Source: Aliivibrio fischeri ES114
GTDB taxonomy: Bacteria; Pseudomonadota; Gammaproteobacteria; Enterobacterales; Vibrionaceae
NCBI RefSeq assembly: GCF_000011805.1
Contig: NC_006841.2
Strand: one strand, 5' to 3'
DNA: 32,000 nucleotides
Under the pieces are notes generated by a model. That model did not search any database and was not told the origin of the DNA. It worked only from the letters and a program-made list of their open reading frames with translations. Shown here in pieces: positions 29,032-32,000 of the stretch; the stretch's first letter is position 1; every line of letters begins with the position of its first letter. Both the position numbers and the translations under genes were made by a program.

Positions 29032-30099
29032 CTAATAAATGTAATGTAAGTAGCTGATCATGGTAATTAAACTATGGCCAATGTAATCAATCACACTGTT
29101 TCCTGAAGTGTAAATAATTACGGTTGCACGCGAACCAACAAATAATCTCGGAGACAATGGTTCATCGCTCGTTAAATTAACGCGTACACGTTGTGCATCA
29201 CGCACCCAACGATTACTGACTTCAACACTACTTAATTGACCATTGGCTTTTTGTTGTGCAGAAGCAACACCATAATCACGGCTCTCTACAATTAATGGAA
29301 ATACCTCTCCAGGCATCGCATCGTAAGCAACTTCTGCTCTCATTCCTTTAACCATTTCTGAAGTTGCTTTCTCACGGTAATCGGCAGAAACCCACAGAGA
29401 ATCCGTTGGGATAAAAGTCAATAATGGTTGATTAGCATTTGCAAACACACCCACATGCAATTGCATATTGGTAATAATCCCTTCATTCTGAGCAACCACT
29501 TGCGTATGCTCTAAATCTAACTCTGCTTGTTTCAAGCTATTTTTCGCTGATAACACAGCACTGCTTTGCCCATTCCCTTTGCCTAACTTCACTTCAAGAG
29601 CATGAACTTTCTGTTTTGCTGCCATTAAGTTCGCCGCCGCTTGATCTCGTTTAGTTAGTGCTGAATCCAAACCTGAAGCTGAAACTGCGCCAGAATTCGC
29701 TAAACGCTTAATACGATGATATTCACGATTGGCATTATTCGCGGTCACTTGTGTTGTCTTTACATTTGATCGTGCTGCCTCTATATCTGCAACTAATGAT
29801 GCTTCTTGTTCTTTTGCTTGCGCTAACGCTATCTTCGCTTTTTGCACAGCAAGTAGATATTTTTCATCATCAATTTTAAATAACAACTCTCCTTTCTTAA
29901 CCAACTGATTATTTGTATGGTTAACTTCAACAATACGCCCTGACACCTCAGGAGAAATTTGAACAACAAACCCTTGAACTTTACTTTGAGTCGTTAATGG
30001 TGTGAGTCTATCCGCCATCACTAAATAAGCGGTAACGATAAGAAACAATACAATTAGAATTCGCATCCATTGTTTAAATTTTTGTTCTGCAGCTTGCAT
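29032..30099 (-). CDS. HlyD/EmrA-family membrane fusion protein
   Basis: VQGFVVQISPEVSGRIVEVNHTNNQLVKKGELLFKIDDEKYLLAVQKAKIALAQAKEQ, coiled coil, PGEVFPLIVES and GSRATVIIYT. Confidence 0.88.
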   Translation of the reverse strand: MQAAEQKFKQWMRILIVLFLIVTAYLVMADRLTPLTTQSKVQGFVVQISPEVSGRIVEVNHTNNQLVKKGELLFKIDDEKYLLAVQKAKIALAQAKEQEASLVADIEAARSNVKTTQVTANNANREYHRIKRLANSGAVSASGLDSALTKRDQAAANLMAAKQKVHALEVKLGKGNGQSSAVLSAKNSLKQAELDLEHTQVVAQNEGIITNMQLHVGVFANANQPLLTFIPTDSLWVSADYREKATSEMVKGMRAEVAYDAMPGEVFPLIVESRDYGVASAQQKANGQLSSVEVSNRWVRDAQRVRVNLTSDEPLSPRLFVGSRATVIIYTSGNSVIDYIGHSLITMISYLHYIY

Positions 30100-30213
30100 A
30101 TATATTCTCGATAAAACCAAAATTGACGTGATCTAACTCTCATTATAAGGCGTGATTTCAAAACGAATAGATGGCAAAATAGAACACATAAGACCTATAA
30201 ATAGGACAATAAC

Positions 30214-31101
30214 ATGTACAAAAACCGTAAATCTTTGCCTTCATTTGATGATATTTATCTTTTTGTCCTTGTAGTAAGACACAAAGGGATAAGTGCTGCT
30301 GCGCAATTCTCAGGCCTACAACGCTCGAAAGTCAGCCGTCGATTACAAGAATTAGAAAAGGCGTTAGGTCATCAATTATTAATCAGAACCACAAGATCAA
30401 TTGAGTTAACCAAACAAGGAGAATGGTTATATCATCAAGCATCAAACCCAATTAACACCTTGGTTGACGCAAGTTTATTGATGAGAGATCACCATGTAAC
30501 ACCAAGAGGAACATTAAGAGTAGCAATACCTCCTGCACTTGGTATGACAGAAGTATTCTCAACTCTTATTGAAAAATACATAGAAGAAAACACTGAGGTT
30601 AAATTAGAAATTGAGCATCATGTTCAATCATTAGACTTACGCAGAAGCAATATAGACTTACAAATATTACCAAGTTACATCGAACCACTGCATAACGATT
30701 ACATCCAACAACGTTTAATTCAAATCCCATATAGCATGGTTGCGTCTCCAAATTATTTACGTATTAATGGTCACCCAGATAACGTTACTCAGTTGGATCA
30801 ATTCCATTTATTGGCAAGTCGATATAATAAAAGTTTATTGCCTCAAGGATTAAATTATCAACTATTTAGTGATGATCTGAATTTATTACAAAAATTAGCA
30901 ATATCAGGAAAAGGGATCGCTTTACTGCCATCCATTCTAATTGAAGAAGATATTAAGCAAGGATTGCTTGTTGAAGTATTACCCAGAAAATCATTTACCG
31001 ATTTAACTATTACTCTAATTTATCCAACACCGCATTATTTACCTGAAAAAACACGAGCAATGGTAAATTTATTCAGAGCCACCTTCTCAGATTTACCTTA
31101 A
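30214..31101 (+). CDS. LysR family transcriptional regulator divergent from the HlyD/DUF2955 pair
   Basis: FDDIYLFVLVVRHKGISAAAQFSGLQRSKVSRRLQELEKALGHQLLIRTTRSIELT. Confidence 0.9.
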   Translation: MYKNRKSLPSFDDIYLFVLVVRHKGISAAAQFSGLQRSKVSRRLQELEKALGHQLLIRTTRSIELTKQGEWLYHQASNPINTLVDASLLMRDHHVTPRGTLRVAIPPALGMTEVFSTLIEKYIEENTEVKLEIEHHVQSLDLRRSNIDLQILPSYIEPLHNDYIQQRLIQIPYSMVASPNYLRINGHPDNVTQLDQFHLLASRYNKSLLPQGLNYQLFSDDLNLLQKLAISGKGIALLPSILIEEDIKQGLLVEVLPRKSFTDLTITLIYPTPHYLPEKTRAMVNLFRATFSDLP

Positions 31102-31135
31102 AAATCAGCAAAATAACTGACAATCACTTAAATAT

Positions 31136-31170
31136 TAGCATTTTAAATAGAATCGAAAATTAAAATGCTA
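31136..31170. repeat. Inverted repeat TAGCATTTTAA ... TTAAAATGCTA
   Basis: 11-bp perfect arms with 13-nt loop, 35 bp after the LysR stop; no T-tract follows. Confidence 0.55.
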
Positions 31171-31369
31171 TGTTCTAGATTTTCGAGCAATATATTATTA
31201 ACCACATGAATAGGACGGGTTAGCAAAAACGGAAATAAATGTCCATAAATGCTACAACCTTTGTCTCAAAAATACGATTTTTTTGACAGTTTGTCAGAAA
31301 GATAACCAAATTTAGGGCACGTTATTTTTTATTATAACTACTCAACTAGCCCAAGTGAGCCCTAAATAT

Positions 31370-31410
31370 AAAGCCAATATCATCAAATGATATTGGCTTT
31401 ATTCTTTTTA
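31370..31410. terminator. Strong hairpin terminator, plausibly bidirectional
   Basis: AAAGCCAATATCA-TCAAA-TGATATTGGCTTT (13-bp perfect arms) followed by ATTCTTTTTA. Confidence 0.8.
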
Positions 31411-31431
31411 CTTAAACAGTAAACTAAATAA

Positions 31432-32000
31432 TTAGTTATCTAGGGCTTCAAGATGAATGTATTTACCCATATTTTTGCGTTTCACACTTGGCATATATGG
31501 AATTTCACCTAATTTTGGCGCAGGCATTTTATCTTCTAGCATCTTAATGATTTCAGCGTAGTTTTCTGTACCTGGGTTTACTCGGTTAGCTACCCAACCA
31601 ATAATCTCTAAACCATCATGTTGAATCGCTTCAGCAGTTAGCATTGCATGACTTAAACAACCGAGTTTAATCCCAACAACCAATACCACTGGCAATTTTT
31701 CTTGCTGTACCCATGTTGATAAACAATCATCTTTAGATACAGGAACACGCCATCCACCGGCACCTTCAACTAAAACAACATCTGATTTCTCTTTTAATGA
31801 AGCTAAACCTTCAGATAATACGGAGTAATCAATAACCACATTTTCTGCTTCTGCTGCAATGTGTGGTGATGCAGGCATTAATAATGCATACGGGTTTACT
31901 TCTTCGTAGCGTAATTCAACATTGGCTACAGCACGTAAATGGATCGCATCAGAGTTTTGAACGCCTTCGCCTTTGTCTTCAGAGCCTGCTGCTACTGGTT
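31432..32000 (-). CDS. bioD: Dethiobiotin synthase, partial (N-terminus beyond window edge)
   Basis: [52 protein letters not shown]. The reading frame continues past the ORF-track start at 31878 to the window edge ([48 protein letters not shown]). Confidence 0.93.

Noticed and set aside
1-32000. Search for CRISPR arrays, tRNA/rRNA genes, transposases, integrases or phage structural genes
   Set aside because: No periodic spacer-repeat structure, cloverleaf, rRNA-like segment or recombinase motif was recognised by eye. A tool run (tRNAscan-SE, CRISPRCasFinder, ISfinder) would be needed to exclude small remnants.

Overview
The window looks like a low-GC gammaproteobacterial chromosome, most likely Vibrionaceae/Aliivibrio (taxonomy is inferred from gene content and style). 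The most interesting segment is the left end. There a four-gene minus-strand cluster (about 8690 to <1) encodes: (1) a protein of about 565 aa with a motif resembling the type VI secretion (T6SS) MIX motif; (2) a lipoprotein with a TolB/PD40-like repeat; (3) a 1613-aa protein with an internal OmpA-like domain and otherwise unrecognised regions; and (4) a second lipoprotein clearly paralogous to the first. It is running off the window edge and is missing from the ORF track. My best hypothesis is a T6SS effector/co-effector module with duplicated lipoprotein immunity candidates. A second notable segment (19167-25657, minus) is a compact seven-gene locus: TPR-like protein, LolD/MacB-type ATPase, permease, LolA-like periplasmic protein, predicted outer-membrane protein, LytS-like kinase and LytTR regulator. 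Its upstream region carries a direct repeat (ACCATTCATC-N10-ACCGTTCGTC, minus strand) that fits the LytTR binding-site architecture, suggesting autoregulation. The rest is mostly ordinary: NhaC-type antiporter, LysR regulators, choloylglycine-hydrolase-family enzyme, Gfo/Idh/MocA oxidoreductase, HopJ-family protein, GNATs, MFS transporter, GH13 alpha-glucosidase, DksA-type zinc finger protein, YbiB-like protein, a HlyD/DUF2955 pair and partial bioD. No CRISPR array, rRNA, tRNA or transposase was recognised.
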